Origin: Callorhinchus milii
Lineage: Eukaryota
Direction of reading: 5' to 3'
DNA: 64,000 nucleotides
Assembly (NCBI RefSeq): GCF_018977255.1
Contig: NW_024704743.1
Coordinates: forward strand, 68,388,001-68,452,000
The position numbers were made by a program, and so were the translations under genes. Under the pieces are notes generated by a model. That model did no database searches. It worked only from the letters and a program-made list of their open reading frames with translations, and was not told the DNA's origin. The number at the start of each line of letters is the position of its first letter. Position 1 is the stretch's first letter. Positions 1 to 13,968 of this stretch are shown here, piece by piece.

Positions 1-1765
1 GTGGCAGACCCTTCACAATATTGCAGTGCTTACGAGAACACATTTTCAGCTGTAGAAAGTAAAACCAAATAGAAAAGGCCAAAACTAGGCAAAAATCTGG
101 AGAATGATTTGATTCACATAAAAAAAATCTATATAACCCCCTCGCCAGTAAAATATGAACAAAGGATGATGCAACAGCTTAATAAAATGCCCTTTCATGA
201 CTGAGGCCTGGTTTGAATCTATCCCAGATTGATGGAAGCAGGTCTCTCTCTATCTCTCTGTTGCCAGTAATTATATAATAGTAAGTGTGGGCATTCATAT
301 CCCAGCACAAGCACTGCTATTAAATCTGACATGAAATGGCTGTGGTAATTCAGACAGGCCACAAGGATTAGTGTGATAGAAGGTACTCTTTGTTGGTGCT
401 AAGGTAAAGTATTTTGACAATAGACGCCTAAAATGTTAAAGTGTTCATATGCTAGCTCTGGCACCTCTCTCCTTAATAGGGGCAAAAAGAAAAAAAAATG
501 TATCTTAACTTCTTATGAAGGCTAATATAACTCATGCATTTGAAATTCACATTCAGTTGCCTTTAACCTGCAATTTTTAAATTACCAGAGCTTATTTTGA
601 TAAACGTTTATTTCAAGCACCATTGGCCACATTAACAATGCCTTATGAATTATACATTTCAGATGTATAATATAACACTGGAGATTTTTGGTGAATGGCT
701 GATAAGGTATTACAACCCTGAAATCGTTATTTGAAGAATTAATAATAATATTCTTTATATTTGATATAGTACCTTTTATATCAGGAGAATATCTAGTCCA
801 AAGCACTTAGGATTTAATGTAAGGTAAGTGACTTTTGTGAGCAAAAGCGGCAGCTAGTTTATGGACAATGTAAATGTCCCACAAACAGCAACAACCTTGA
901 ATAATGTTCATGATAAGAATAGGCTCAGCCACAATCAGAACATTTGTAACATTTTCCTGTTAGGACACACACAGAGAGCTATAATAGGGAAAAAAAATTG
1001 TTACAAGCAGATTAATGCCGCTTTCGGGGATATTGAATCCTGACTTGGTTATAACATGGCAACAGACAGTCAAGGATTTTATTTTTAAGGCAATAAAAAT
1101 CGATCAAAAGGTTCAGGTAAAGCTTGTTAGAGCTTTTCAGACAGCCGTGAGTCAGAAATTTGGCAGCAAATGTTGGTGAGTTTATACTCAGCTCTGAGGG
1201 GAGGACAATCCCATGTGAAGCCTGGCCAAGTTGAGCTATGGAACAAGGACTTAAATCTGCTCATCAACAAGAACACTCTGTACAGCAGGATTTTAATTCA
1301 GAATGTCCTGTTGCCATACTGGTGCATTCTTCATAATAGGAAGTTGCAAACAGCAACCTCTGGTTCAGACCCAGTTATGCATCATGCCGACCCAAGGGAA
1401 TGCCATTCTGACACATCCAGAAGTAAATAGCATGTGAGCCGAGTTCCCATGAGTTATAATGATAAATATAATAAAAATATTTATATTTAATATACTGCCT
1501 TTCATTTCAGGAGCATTTTCCAAAACGCTTCACAGAATTTACTGTAAAATGCAATGAATCTGAGTTTTGTGGGCAAATGAGGCAGCCAATTTGTTGCACA
1601 GCAATGCCCCACAAACAGCCATGAAGTGAGTGATCAATTTTTATTGTTGACTAGGAAACTAGGAAAAATTCCTTTTTCTTTTTGAATGTCAGTTCCCAGC
1701 CTGAATTTAAGACACTGCCCTGAGTGAACCGAGCTATATAAATGCAAGTTGTTGTTGTTGTTGAT

Positions 1766-2288
1766 CATCCAGAACTCTGCAGCCCGTGTCCTCTCCCGCA
1801 CTAGGCTCTGCGACTTTATCACCCTCATCTTTGCCTGACTCCACTGGTTTCCCATCACATAGAGGATACAGTTCAAGATCCTGGTCCTCACCTTCAAATC
1901 CCTCCATGATCTTGCTCCCCCCTACCTCTCCGACCTACTAATCCCGTACCATCCTGTTCGCTCCCTCTGCTCAACGATCTCCGGCCTGCTTCACGTCCCC
2001 TGCCTTGCTCGCCCCACTATCGGTGAGCGGAGCTTCCACCACTCTGCCCCCACCTTTTGGGACTCCGTCCCGCAGTCCCTCCGCCTCGCCCCCTCCCTCG
2101 CCACTTTCAAAACCCACCTCAAAACCCTCCTCTTCGACTGTGCTTTCGATCTCCCTGCTTCACCCCCTGCCCTCCACCCTCCACCACCCTGACCCTCAGA
2201 TCGGGTCCGTAACTCCGTAAGTCCAGCACTTTGGGACGTCCTCCCGACGTGAAAGGCGCTATACAAATGTAATTTTGCTGTTGTTGCT
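1766..2288 (+). mobile_element. L2 LINE 3' fragment
   Basis: L2 ORF2 C-terminal remnant (IQNSAARVL...LHW...FKIL), then tail gggacgtcctcccgacgtgaaaggcgct and (TTG)n. Confidence 0.85.
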
Positions 2289-2531
2289 ATTTCTGACTTT
2301 CCTTTCCGAACATAACTACGAAATCTTTGCATTTGACATATCATTTTTCACGTCAGCAGGATATCTCAAAAGCACTTCACAAGATATTGTAAAATGTAGT
2401 GCTTGTGCAACTTGTAGACAAATGAGGCAACCATTATGAATATTGTATTTTAGACCTCGCTGTTTTTAAATTAATCAATTTCTCACTTAATCCCAGATAA
2501 TTCAGGGACACTGTATTCCCTGCGCATTTAC

Positions 2532-2724
2532 CTGTAATATTGTCCAGTTTTCTTTTCCAGTTCTGGAGCCACAGCACAGTAAATTGAGGTTTGTGCACCC
2601 TCTGTTGGCGACTTGGTAAAAAAATGGAACAGTTTGAAGCTTGCCCGGATCACAACGTTCAAGTGTCTCCCTAATTCTGTCCGCACCGCCCCAGGATGCA
2701 AGGAATAGACTGTCACCCCGGTCC
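2532..2724 (-). CDS. rdh12l: RDH12-like SDR exon (193 nt)
   Basis: tgacag|GG ACC...TAC AG|gtaaat; translates TGVTVYSLHPGAVRTELGRH...TKSPTEGAQTSIYCAVAPELEKKTGQYY. Phases are consistent across all six exons (797 nt total). Confidence 0.95.
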
Positions 2725-3344
2725 CTGTCAAAGAGAATGTCATTCGGGTAAATTAGTCAATTAAAATTCTACACCCACCCACGAATGCACTTGCATATTT
2801 GCTGAAAAATTATTAATTTGTCTTGTCTTGAACATCTACAAATGGAGCTTAATTATGAACTGGTTAACACTGAGTTAAGAGGAGAGGAGAACAAGTCAAG
2901 GAAGGAAAAAAATACTGACCTTTGTTAGAAAGGACAGCAGTTTGAGGACATTTTATTACTATGCAAAGTTAAAAGTGAAAGTAACTGAGTTGATAAGGAA
3001 TGTATAGAACTTTGCTCTAGCAGTTGGAACCAATATGAGCGTCTCTGAAATAACAGAACACTGCCCAATATTATCTATGCTGCACAGTAGCTCAATTTAT
3101 TCTATAGACTACTGATATCCCATTTCTGTGAATAATTTTGCTGACCAATTCATCCTCTTTTTCTTACACATCAGCATAAAATGATCCTGGCTGACTGTAG
3201 CATGCATTAGATTCAGGATAAAACTTCGCTCCACTTTCCTTACAACAATATGCTCCAACGTCCAACCCTACAGAACCATACTACTCATTATCCTCAGACA
3301 GAGATTCCCCTCACTATTAATCTTCATCTTTTTCTTCCTATTGT

Positions 3345-3915
3345 TAAGCCTCCGGGAGTGGGGGAGGCAAGTAGCTCCAAGATGACATGTTTGGCAATGG
3401 AATGTTGGAATCGAGCCAACCCTATGAGGTGGTCTCAGTCGTCCGATTCCAGTCAGGCGGGTCCGCAGTATTCCAGGGCACTGCAATGACAGCACAGCCA
3501 GCCTGGCTCATCGGCAGGACTTAGAAGAGCAGAGCAGTTCACTGGGAGCAGGGAATCCTCCCACTCAGCTCCTATTAACCCTGCAAGCCAAACACTAACA
3601 GGTAGGGTGGTCCTAGCTGGACAAGCAGCGGGAAAGCGATATCAATGGCAAGCTAGGTGGGGATAGCTGGTTAGACTCCAGCAGTACCTAACGCACACTC
3701 TGGGTCCCCAAGTCTTGGTTCTTGCCAACCTGCGCTGAATACTTTCCAGAATTAGTTAAGCAGGATGTATCCCTCCAGGAAGAGTGCCCATTCCTTTCCA
3801 ACAATCTATCTCTGGAATTTCCATGTATAGATGGGATGCATGGATTTCTCAGTTTGGTTTGGATATTCATAAGCATGCTGATAGGTTTCTGCATGTGTCA
3901 GACACCCGGCTGACC
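3345..3915 (+). repeat. Unclassified ~570-bp interspersed repeat (family X), near full copy
   Basis: Collinear with copies at 13.4, 25.8, 43.7, 56.8 and 57.6 kb; ends gtcagacacccggctgac followed by an A-rich run. Confidence 0.85.
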
Positions 3916-4057
3916 CCCCAAAAAATTCCTCCAACCGAACTCCATGTTCATTGAGCAAAGCATCAGTGATTCCACACATTCATTTGTGATTCAATGAATC
4001 ATTTCAACAAATATTGGTATTGCAGACTTATTGAAAACACATTGCACTGCCCTTTAC

Positions 4058-4267
4058 CTTCCAGTTTTTTGGCCAGCTCCTTTGTAAACAGAATGTTGGC
4101 CAGCTTGCTCTGTCCATAGGCTTTTATCGAACTGTAACTCTGCTCACTATTTAGATCTTCAAAATTGATGCTCCCCATTTTGTGCGCAGTGGAAGACACA
4201 TTGATGATGCGTGCAGGACTAGAACGTTTTACCAAATCAAGCAGTAAATAGGTTAATAAAAAGTGAC
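4058..4267 (-). CDS. rdh12l: RDH12-like SDR exon (210 nt), catalytic Ser and YxxxK
   Basis: tttcag|GT CAC...GAA G|gtaaag; translates [69 protein letters not shown]. Confidence 0.96.
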
Positions 4268-4703
4268 CTGAAAAATAAAATGACATAAATAAAGGTCGGT
4301 GAGTCAGTGACTAGAGGACATCAATTAAGATAGTTAGCAAACAAGCAAATGGAAGAATTGTCTTCCAACACAGAGTGGTTAAGATATGGTCGTGCTGGGA
4401 GCAGTGGTTAAGGCAGAATCTATATCACTTTTTAACAGGGAACAAGCTAGATATCTAAAATGGAGTAAGCCACTGGGGTATGGGGAAAGGGCAGAAGATG
4501 GGACTGAAAGGATTGAGGAAGAGAGTTCCAGAGTTTCAAGGCGTAGTGGCTGAAAGCACGACTGCCAATTGTGCAAGGGAGGGTACGAAAGACATACAGG
4601 AAGCCGGAGCCAGCCTTGGGTGTGGCATGGGGAATAAGCAGGTCAAAGCGTAGGGAAGTGCCAGGGCGTGAAGGGATAAACCGTGTGTTCTAAACAGCCT
4701 TAC

Positions 4704-4808
4704 CTAAATGATTGACACCAAACTGCATTTCAAACCCATCTGCTGTCTTGGAGTAAGGGCACATCATCACCCCAGCATTGTTGATCAGTATATTTATCTG
4801 CTCCTCTC
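4704..4808 (-). CDS. rdh12l: RDH12-like SDR exon (105 nt), NNAG motif
   Basis: ttctcag|GA GAG...TTA G|gtaagg; translates [34 protein letters not shown]. Not present in the supplied ORF track. Confidence 0.95.
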
Positions 4809-6080
4809 CTGAGAAACGAGTGAAACATTTAGTCAGAAACCACTAGGATATTCCTGCAGTATCCAAAAGATAATATCTCCTAGAGCTAAAAAAAGGAGTG
4901 TTCTTTATTATAAATAATAATCTTTGCATTTGATATAGTGCCTTTCACATCAGAAAGACTTCTCAAAGCAATTTCACACTTTGTACAACAAAAATTTTAC
5001 AAAGTGCCTTTCAAGTCAAGAAGATGTCCCAAGGAGCTGGACAATTCATGGTTTGCACCTGAGCTGGCACTGGGTGCTGAGGGGACAGGGAATCGGGGGG
5101 GGTGAGAGAAAAAGGTGGCCGAAAGTGCGGTCAAAGAGGAAGGTCTTGAGGCAGACCTTGAAGGAGGCGAGGGAAGGGGTGAGGCGAAGGGACTCCGGGA
5201 TGGAGTTCCAGAGAGTGGGGGGTGATAGCTGATAGTGACTGCAGATGTTGGGGTGGGAGTTATGAAGTCAGATGTTTCGTGTTGAGAGGAGGGAGCAGCA
5301 GGATTTGGAGGAATGGGAGCTAGTAGAGCCAGACGAGGATGAGAGTGATAGGCTCACAGAGCCTAATGAGTCTATCACCTCGTCCGAGCGCTCCGAGACA
5401 CTGCCCCGTGTGAAGGGCGCTATATAAATGCAAGTTGTTGTTGTTTTTGCAGTGAGGGAAAGGACACAAGCTAAAGAGTTCTGGATAATAATAATAATAA
5501 TAATCCTTGCATTTGATATAGAGCTTTTCACATCTACGAGACGTCTTAAAGCTCTTCACAGAATATACTGTAAAGTGAATTGACGGTATATTTTGTGGGC
5601 GAAACGTGGGCAATGGTCTGCAGCTTGTGAAGGGAAGAGGCGAGTATTCCAGAAAGCAAAGTTGGCGTGAGCTAGTCTGGACGTGATGCAGTGTGGATAC
5701 GCAATATGCATTTAAACTGTAAAATGTAGTAACTGTGCATTATGTAGGCGAACGCAGCAGCCAATTTGCGCCCAACAATGTCCACAGCCATGAAGTGAAT
5801 GACAAATTTTTACTTGTGTTAAAAGATGCGCAATATTGGGCATGGAGGGAGGGAGAAGATGTCTTATAACAGGATTACCCAGGATATATAATTCACAAAC
5901 ACACACAAATATAAGGTTCAAGAGATAGTCTTATAACAGGCCTGTCATGAATATATAGCACATACAGACACATACATTACATTTGCTAATTGATCATGTC
6001 TGTACTTTTTCTTGGGCTTTTAAAAAAAATCAAACATCAAAATAACCTTAAAAATATCCTAAAAGTAAAGGGTAACATAC

Positions 6081-6236
6081 CATCATTGATCTGGGCAGCA
6101 AATTCTCGAATAGATTTGGTGTCAGCTAAATCCAATTTCTTCACAATAATACTTTCATTTCCAGAATCTTCCACTAGCTCTTTAACTGCAGCTGTCCCTT
6201 TCTCCATATCCCTGCAGGCTATAATAATCCTGGCTC
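6081..6236 (-). CDS. rdh12l: RDH12-like SDR exon (156 nt)
   Basis: ccag|GA GCC AGG...GAT G|gtatgt; translates ARIIIACRDMEKGTAAVKELVEDSGNESIIVKKLDLADTKSIREFAAQIND. Confidence 0.95.
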
Positions 6237-7584
6237 CTGGATAAACAGGGACAAATACGGAATAAACAAAATAAATAGAAGCGTTAAACCCATAAACCGT
6301 GCCCCACTATTTAGCTTTCAGGGTCTCTTTTAGTGAAAGTGTGTATTATTCAAATTTCTTGTTGGATTCAAATCTTTTATTATAAAAATAATATTTTCAT
6401 TTATTTCAGCCCTTCATCATGGCAAAACAGCTCAAGAGTACGTTACAATTATTTTCACTTTGCTGCTTTAAAGACAAATGTCCAAGCCAGCAAGATAAAC
6501 CCTTTCTGTAGAAATACGACTTTCTCCTGCCTTACTGTGAATAACATTCTTCCCATTCAGTCCAACAGGAAACCAGGATGAATAGAAAGCCATTGGGAAG
6601 TAATCAGATTTGAGATGGTCATCAGGCCGACATTTAAAGCTGTTATGCTTTGTGTATGCGGTGTTTTTGAAGCAAAACCAAAATGCAGTCTTAAACAAAG
6701 ACCAGCCTTCTTATATACACAAGATAAAAGCTTAGGTTTGAACCTTAATAGCTCATGTCAAAGAGATTATTCAAATAGTTTTAATATGACAAATACTCTT
6801 GGCCAGTTAGGTGGAGTTCATTATCTTAACACAGACGTTTCTAATAAAAATGTAACAATGTAGATTAGGAGAAAAAAAATCATTTTAAATGTATTAGCTA
6901 AAACAATTACAGTTTTAGATTTAAATGCTCAAAATAATTTGTGCCCCGACAAAATTCAAGACATATCAACCATAAAGCTAGAACTTCAGTACAGTTTGTG
7001 ACAAATATTCCATTGTGCACTTGTTTGGTAAAAACCAATGTGGCTAACAGGTCAGATGACCGTCCCCATGGAATCCAATTAATTTATCATAGAAGTTCAA
7101 TTCATGCAACACATTTCCAGTCTAGTTTATAAAATGAATACAATTCGTCCCTGTAATCATGGAATTTGAATGTTAGGAAAGCACACAACACTCGTTTTGA
7201 ATACACCATTGTATGTTTCCTTCTGAGATCTCAGTTAAATATCATTTCAGACAGTTTTAGAGGAGCATTATTTGAAGATAAGAGTTTAGCCAGACTCAGT
7301 CCAAACTCCCCACAGACAGCAGTTTATAGACCTGTATTATTGCTGTATTTCACACAAGAAGATAAACAAATAAACCTGATATCTTTAGTCTTATTTTAAG
7401 TAGCCATGGTCAGTCGTTAAAACAGTAAATTAATGGGTTGTCAACACAATAGGTGGATATGATTGGTTTATACCATGTGACCATAAACATAGATTTTTTG
7501 GAAAATATGAAAATATCCACTCTCATCATTGAAAGAAAGCACCACACGCAAGTCCATTTTTTTATCACCACCTGGTTCTAGCTT

Positions 7585-8330
7585 TCATAAGAACATAAAA
7601 AATTGCTAGGTGAAAGAAGACCAAGATCCATCTATTTCACCTTCCACCATCCTCTTGTCATGTTGTGCCCCAAACTATATACTGTGTCCCGAGATATTAT
7701 TTTCTAACGGAAATCTATCTAATTTGTTCTTGAAACAAACAACACTTTCTGCTTCCACTGTATCCCTAGGGAGCCTGTTCCATACGTTTACTACTCGCTC
7801 ACTGAAATAGTGTTTACGCAGATTTGTTCTGAATTTACCCCCCTTCAATCGCAGACTGTCCCTTCAGAATCTTAAAGACCAAAATCATATCACCCCTCAA
7901 CTTTCTCTTCTCCAGCATGAAAATGCCAGTTTATCTAATCGCTCCTTGTAGGCCAGTCCCTCCATCCCCTCAATCATCTTGGTTGCCCTGCTGTATATCC
8001 TCTCAATCACTGCAATATCCTTTTCATATTGCTGTGATCAGAACTGCACACCGTATTCCAAATGCGGTTGTACCAGTGATTTATAAAGTGGCAGAATTAC
8101 TCCACTAATTTGGCTCAATATTGTCCCTTTAATACAACCCAGAATCTGGTTTGCCTTACTCACTGCTACCGAGCACTATTGCGATAGCTTCAATGTATTG
8201 TCAATCATTTTTCATTTTCAGTACAAATTACTTTCTTCCCATTTAAATAACAGTCCCTTCCTGGATTTACGGTGCCTATGTGAAGCACTTTGTATTTCTC
8301 CACTTTGAATTTCATCTGCCATCGATCTGT
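7585..8330 (-). mobile_element. Degraded CR1 LINE 3' portion
   Basis: Minus strand resembles the CR1 RT C-terminus (tggcagatgaaattcaa, ttggaatacggtgtgcagttctg) and ends in a ttcttatg-type tail. Confidence 0.7.
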
Positions 8331-8561
8331 TATCTCATTGATTTCATATGGTTTGATGCACAAAGATCCAAGTGGATTTTCCCCAGTGTGTTGGAAGATA
8401 CTGCAGAAAAGCCCAGTTTCAACAACTGAGTGCCTGCCTTTGAGTTCGAACCATTTATTTCCCTTTTGAGATCAAAAGCGTTGAAATTCTGGTGAGGTAA
8501 AGACAGCAATAACAATAATTCAGGCAGCACATAACAGAACAAAAATCATCATTCCTACAAC

Positions 8562-8913
8562 AATAATAATAACCTTTGAATTTGATATAGCGTCTTATCA
8601 TGTCTACAAGACGTGTCAAAGCGCTTCACAGAATATATTGTAAAGTGAACTGACTGTATATTTTGTGGACGAAATGCAGCAGCCAATTGTGCACAGCAGT
8701 GTCCCACAAACAGAGTGACAACATTTTTTTAAAGAGATTATTACCCAGGGAAAAGCAATCCACCAATCGACTAACAGGGTTCCTATTACTGCTAAGTAAA
8801 CAGAGGCATGTGGAGCAAGGAAACTTGCCTAAGGTTTTGTGCCCTGCTGGGAATCAAACTCAGGTCTCTTGCTTGTGAGGCGAATGCTCTAACCACTGAG
8901 CTACGGTACTCCA
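8562..8913 (-). mobile_element. tRNA-derived SINE, long (CORE-like + Deu 3') form
   Basis: Head with A box tagctcagtgg, the cctctgtttacttagcagtaa segment, Deu-like gtgggacactgctgtgcacaattggctgc and an (ATT)n tail. Confidence 0.85.
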
Positions 8914-9894
8914 CATTATAAGGGACAGCTTTATCAAACAATGGAAACATCCACTTAAAATCACACACCCATGCACAACAGAGCTGTAATAATAATGTGG
9001 GCATGATTTATCAAAGACTAGTTCAGGTTTCTTTAACATGGCACATTAAGAAATGGTAGCATGTTACAGGGAAGCCTTTATTGACTTAAACTATTTGTTC
9101 ATGGTGGAGAAAAATTAAACGTCAACCAGAAAGTGCATTGCCCTTGGATAAAAGAAGAAATCAGCGAAATGAAAATCCTGTAACAGGAGCAGTGTAGCGA
9201 TGAGTTTCGCTGGCAGATTAGTTAATTTTCTTTAGTCAGCCAGGTGTTTGACACATGCAGAGATCCATCAGAAATCCATTATATGTATCCAAACCAGGCA
9301 AAGTTTCACAAATGTATGCAATCTACATAGGGTGTCTGGAATCTCAGCGACAGAATTAAGGGTGAACTTAAGATGTTACCAAAGGATTCCAGATCTGAAG
9401 CCTTTTCCGAAACACACATATCCATTTGCCATGTCATATCAACTAATAACCCTTGTGTTCAGAAATCTCCAGCACATCATCTATATCAGATGAAAGATGG
9501 ATAAATGTATACATCTTTCATCTGTAATAATAATCCTTGCATTTGATATAGTGCCTTATCATGACCTTGCGAGGTCACAAAGAGCTTCACAGAATATACT
9601 GTAAAGTGAATTGACTGTATATTTTGTGGGCAAAACATGGCAGCCAAACAGGCATTTGTGGGATACTTTTAAGGGCTTAATTGTACGCAATTTCACATGA
9701 CCACCTTCAGGTTTTGAAAACACTACCGAAAATACCTATGATTGTGACAATTTTCCACCAATGTCATTAATCTCCACTTTAAACTAGCCAGTACACCAGG
9801 AATTTGGTTTTGTTCCTAGGTTTTAAACTTTCCCTCACCCAGTATTACAGTATAACCAATTACTCTCACATTGCCACCCAAAACCACACAGTAT

Positions 9895-10385
9895 AATAAT
9901 CATTTCATTGATATAGCAACTTTCACATCAGGAGAATTTCTCAAGGCTCTTTATATATAATATAAAGTGTAGTGACAGTATATTTTGCAAGCAAGTGCAG
10001 CAGCCAATTTGCGCACGACAATGTCCCACAAACAGCTATAATAATAAATAATTCTTCTATTTTATATTGTGCCTCACAATGTCTCATACTTGCAACGTGG
10101 TGTGACTGTGTGTATTTTATGGAAAATTAAGAGAAGAAATAATTATACCAGGTTTTATCAAAGGTTGTTGGCCAGGACACCAAGAGGAACTTCCCTTTCT
10201 TTATGAATAGTTCTGTAGGATCTTAAACATCCACCTGAACAGGCAGATGTGATCTCGGTTTACGGCTTTCTGCAGGATGGCATCTCCAATGAGGCGGCCC
10301 AACCCTCAACACTGCATTGGACTATCAGCCTGGACTACATGAGTTTACAGTTCAGATTGTGGGGTCTGAGCAAACAACCTGTGTA
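9895..10385 (-). mobile_element. Old Deu-domain SINE (AmnSINE1/SacSINE1-like body)
   Basis: Minus strand has ...gttcaggtggatgtttaagatcc...gtgtcctggccaac... followed by the Deu 3' part. Confidence 0.7.
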
Positions 10386-10795
10386 CACCACAGAAAATTG
10401 ATTATTAAATGTTACATCTAACCTTAGAAAAACAAACTAATCATATGATCACGATTATATTGCTCTTTAAAAGAGCCAGTACAGACAAAATGTACCAAAT
10501 GGCCTCTTTCTTTGCTGTAAGTTTCAATGATACTATTTTCTATGGTTCTATACTTGAAAGCAATCTAAATAAAATAATAATCTTTTTACTTGCTATAGTA
10601 ACTTTCATGTCAGGAGGATATATCAAACAGAACTTACTGAACAATGCAGTGAGAGTGTATTCTGTTGGCAAAACGCGGCAGCCAATTTACGCACTGCAAT
10701 GTTTTGTCGGCAAAACAGACAAAAAGTAGCAATTTAACCACATGTCTAATATTATCCAAATAACTCTTCATAGCAAGTTATTTAAATACTTGTAC

Positions 10796-10914
10796 CTCTC
10801 TTGGCCAAGTCTCTTGCGGTCTCTTTGCCGATGCCAGTGTTACCCCCAGTTAATAATACAGTCTTTCCATCCAGCCTAATATCGGAGGACCTCCCAGTCG
10901 GAGAAGATGCTTTG
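10796..10914 (-). CDS. rdh12l: RDH12-like SDR exon (119 nt), Rossmann glycine motif
   Basis: tttcag|C AAA GCA...AAG AGA G|gtacaa; translates [40 protein letters not shown], containing TGxxxGIG. Confidence 0.95.
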
Positions 10915-12197
10915 CTGAAAATAAACAAATTTTGAAGCAACAGATTACTACGAATTGCAATAGTCAGGGATTTACTTTTGCCAAGACTGAAGCGTTTATT
11001 AACTTACCACAGACCTGAGAATGTATCAGTACGAAAATTTGTTTTTCTTCTCCTTTAAAGCCCTCCAAGGTTTTGATCCTCCCTACTGCTGCGACCTATT
11101 AAAACTTCACCAAACCTGTTCTCTCTCTCGACTCTGCAAGCACTGTCCTGCTCCATATTTTCTGCCCTGCCACCTCACTATTGGTAGTCAGGCCTTCAGC
11201 CTTTCTGCTCCCACCCTCTGGAACTCCAATCCAGTGCCCCTCCTCCTCACCCCTCCCCTTGCCTCCTTCAAGACCCGTCTCAAGACTTTCCATTTTGATC
11301 ATACCTTCGGTCATCTTTCCTCCTCCACCTGCCTTGCCCTCCACCCCTCTCTGATCCCAAACCCGGCTGCAAATCCCTCATTGTCGAGCACCTGGTTACG
11401 TCCTCCCAACATGAAAGGCACTCTATAAATGCAATTTGTTGTTCTATTCTCTCCTGATTTTTTTTAACTGAAACTGCTTTCAAACCCCAATTTTAGGAGG
11501 TAGATCTGAGCAGTTGGAACTTTTCCAGTTCCTGCCCACAATATAGAATAAAGAATAACTGACCTTGGAAACTAAATAAATTAATATCTTTGCACAAAAA
11601 TAAGAAATTAAGTAGTTAAATACCAATTTGCACTGCCCAGTTCTGCCTTATTATACAATATAATTATGCAAACACTCTGCTTGCTGAACCCCCAGCTATT
11701 CCCTGCACAAACCACAAGCCATCAAGAACTCTGCAGGTCATGTCCTCCCCTGTACCAGACTCCATGAACCTCTCACCCCCATCCTTGCTCGGCTCCAGCG
11801 GAACCAGTTTAAGATCCTCGTTCTCATATTTACATCCCTCCATGGACTCTCCCCACCGTACCTCTGCAACCTCCTTCACATTTATCAATCCCGCCATTCT
11901 CTTCTCTCGATCGACACTGGCCCATTCCCTCGCTCTCTCCACCCCACCATTAGAGGGTGGGCTTTTGGCCATGTGGCGCCCGCTCTCTGGAACTCCAATC
12001 ACAGGTTCTTCAGACTTGCTCCCATCCTCGCCTCTTTCAAGGTACGTCTGAAAACGTATCACTTTGTCCACATTTTCCCCCTCCTCACCCCATTCAGCTC
12101 CTACCACAACTCTGGTGCCCAGCCAGAATTGTCAAGTGCTTTCAGATGTACTCTCAACATGAAAGATGTTATATAAGTGTAATCTGTATTCAATTTT

Positions 12198-12602
12198 TTC
12201 ACGTCAGGAGGACGTCCCAAGGCGCTGGACAGTTGGGTCAGGACCCGAGCAGGGGGGAAATGGTCAGGGTGAGGGGATGGAAAGGAGGGAGCGAGGAGGG
12301 GATAGAGAGTCGAGAGGGGAGCTGAAGGCACGGTCAAAGAGAAAGGTCTTGAGACCGGCCTTGAAGGAAGAAAGGGAGGAGGCGAGGCGAAGGCACTGGG
12401 GAATGGAGTTCCAGAGCCCAGGGGCTGAGAGACTGGAGGCCCGACCACCGATGGTAGGGTGGTTGGGGCGGGGGATGTGGAGCAGACCGGAGCCAGAGGA
12501 ATGGAGGGTACGGGCAGTTAAGTAGGGGGATAGTAGGTCGGAGAGGTAGGAGGGAGCAAGGCCATGAATGGCCTTGTAGGTGAGGATGAGGATCTTGAAT
12601 TG
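12198..12602 (-). mobile_element. Young L2 LINE 3' fragment
   Basis: Near-identical to the reverse complement of 25250-25655. Confidence 0.9.
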
Positions 12603-12604
12603 GA

Positions 12605-12949
12605 GTTACAAAAAACACTTTGTACTACTCATATTAATCATCTCAAAACTCGCTCAAATACTCCATTACTCCCACACTTACCAGCTGCATTGAATCACGG
12701 GAAACATAGTCTAGATCCATCGGCATATGTGCAGAAGAACTTAATTTCCTACACTTTAATGCATTTCCGGCTGCAGTGACGAACTACTGCATGTGCACTT
12801 ACCGGCTGCATTAAATTACATCTGCAGTGTAGATTATTGATTAAACCGGATTTTATATGACTTATACACGTTTGCCTACAACATGGACTTCGTGTAAGTC
12901 ATATTAAACATTATGGTCATGACTAATACGACTTATGTGAGTTTTACTG
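12605..12949. mobile_element. Tigger/mariner-like DNA transposon end
   Basis: Ends ...gacttatgtgagttttactg|TA (CAGTAAAAC-type TIR plus TA). Matching left TIR not found. Confidence 0.45.
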
Positions 12950-13399
12950 TATTTCACAGTAGTGGGCATAGATGGCGAGAAGGTGGGAGAGGAAAGAGAG
13001 GGAAGTTACTATAGGTACAATCAGAGGTAAATTTTAAAGCGGAACTTGAAGACTAGAACAGGGGCGAGACCAAGTTAGCCGAGTGAACACATTTATCAGA
13101 CATACAGCATGTTAAACAAGTAGGTTGCACATCGTTGTGAAACACACTGTCATGTACGTAAGATCCTATGAACATAAACTATTCTACAATTTCACAAGGC
13201 TACAATTTCCCTCCTGCCCTTGTATTGTGATGCATGGAATGAAGGAATGATGTTTATAAAATATCACTAATGTGCTATCATATTTCAAAGAGATTGGCTC
13301 TTTTCAAAGAACCAGCACAGACATGATGGGCTGAATGGCCTCCTTCTGTGCTACATGATTCTATGATTCTAAAATCACCTATCTGTACACTTATCAGAT

Positions 13400-13968
13400 C
13401 TGTGGAGCTGAACTGGCACCAAGGTGACATGCCTGGCAATGGAGTTCTGGAATCGAGCCAGCCCTCCGTGGCAAACTTGTTAGTCCGGATCCTGAGCCAG
13501 GCGGGTCTGCAGTATTTCAGGGCGCGGCTGACCCCATCATGACACCACAGCTGACCTGGCTCATCGGCAGCAACTGGAAGAGCACACTGGGGGAAAGGAG
13601 TCATCCCACTCAGCTCCTATTAACCCTGCAAGCCAAAGCCCTAACTGTTAGGATTGTCCTAGCTAGACAAACAGCAGGAAAGCTTAGCAGACAGCAATAT
13701 CAATGGCAAGTTATGCTGGCTAGACTCCAGCAGTACCCTAACACACACTTTGGGGTCCCCAAGCCTAGGCTCTTGCCTACCTGCATTTAATACTTTCTGG
13801 AATTAGATAAGCAGGACGCGTGCCTCTGGGGAAAGAGTGTGCATTCTAGTCCAACAATCTATCTCTGGGATTTTCATGTGTAGGTGGGATACATGGAAAT
13901 CTCAGTTTGGTTTGGATACTCTTAAGCATGGTGATGGGTTTCTACATGTGTCAGATACCCGGCTGACT
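13400..13968 (+). repeat. Family X repeat, near full copy
   Basis: Aligns to 3345-3915; ends gtcagatacccggctgactaaaagaaa. Confidence 0.85.
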
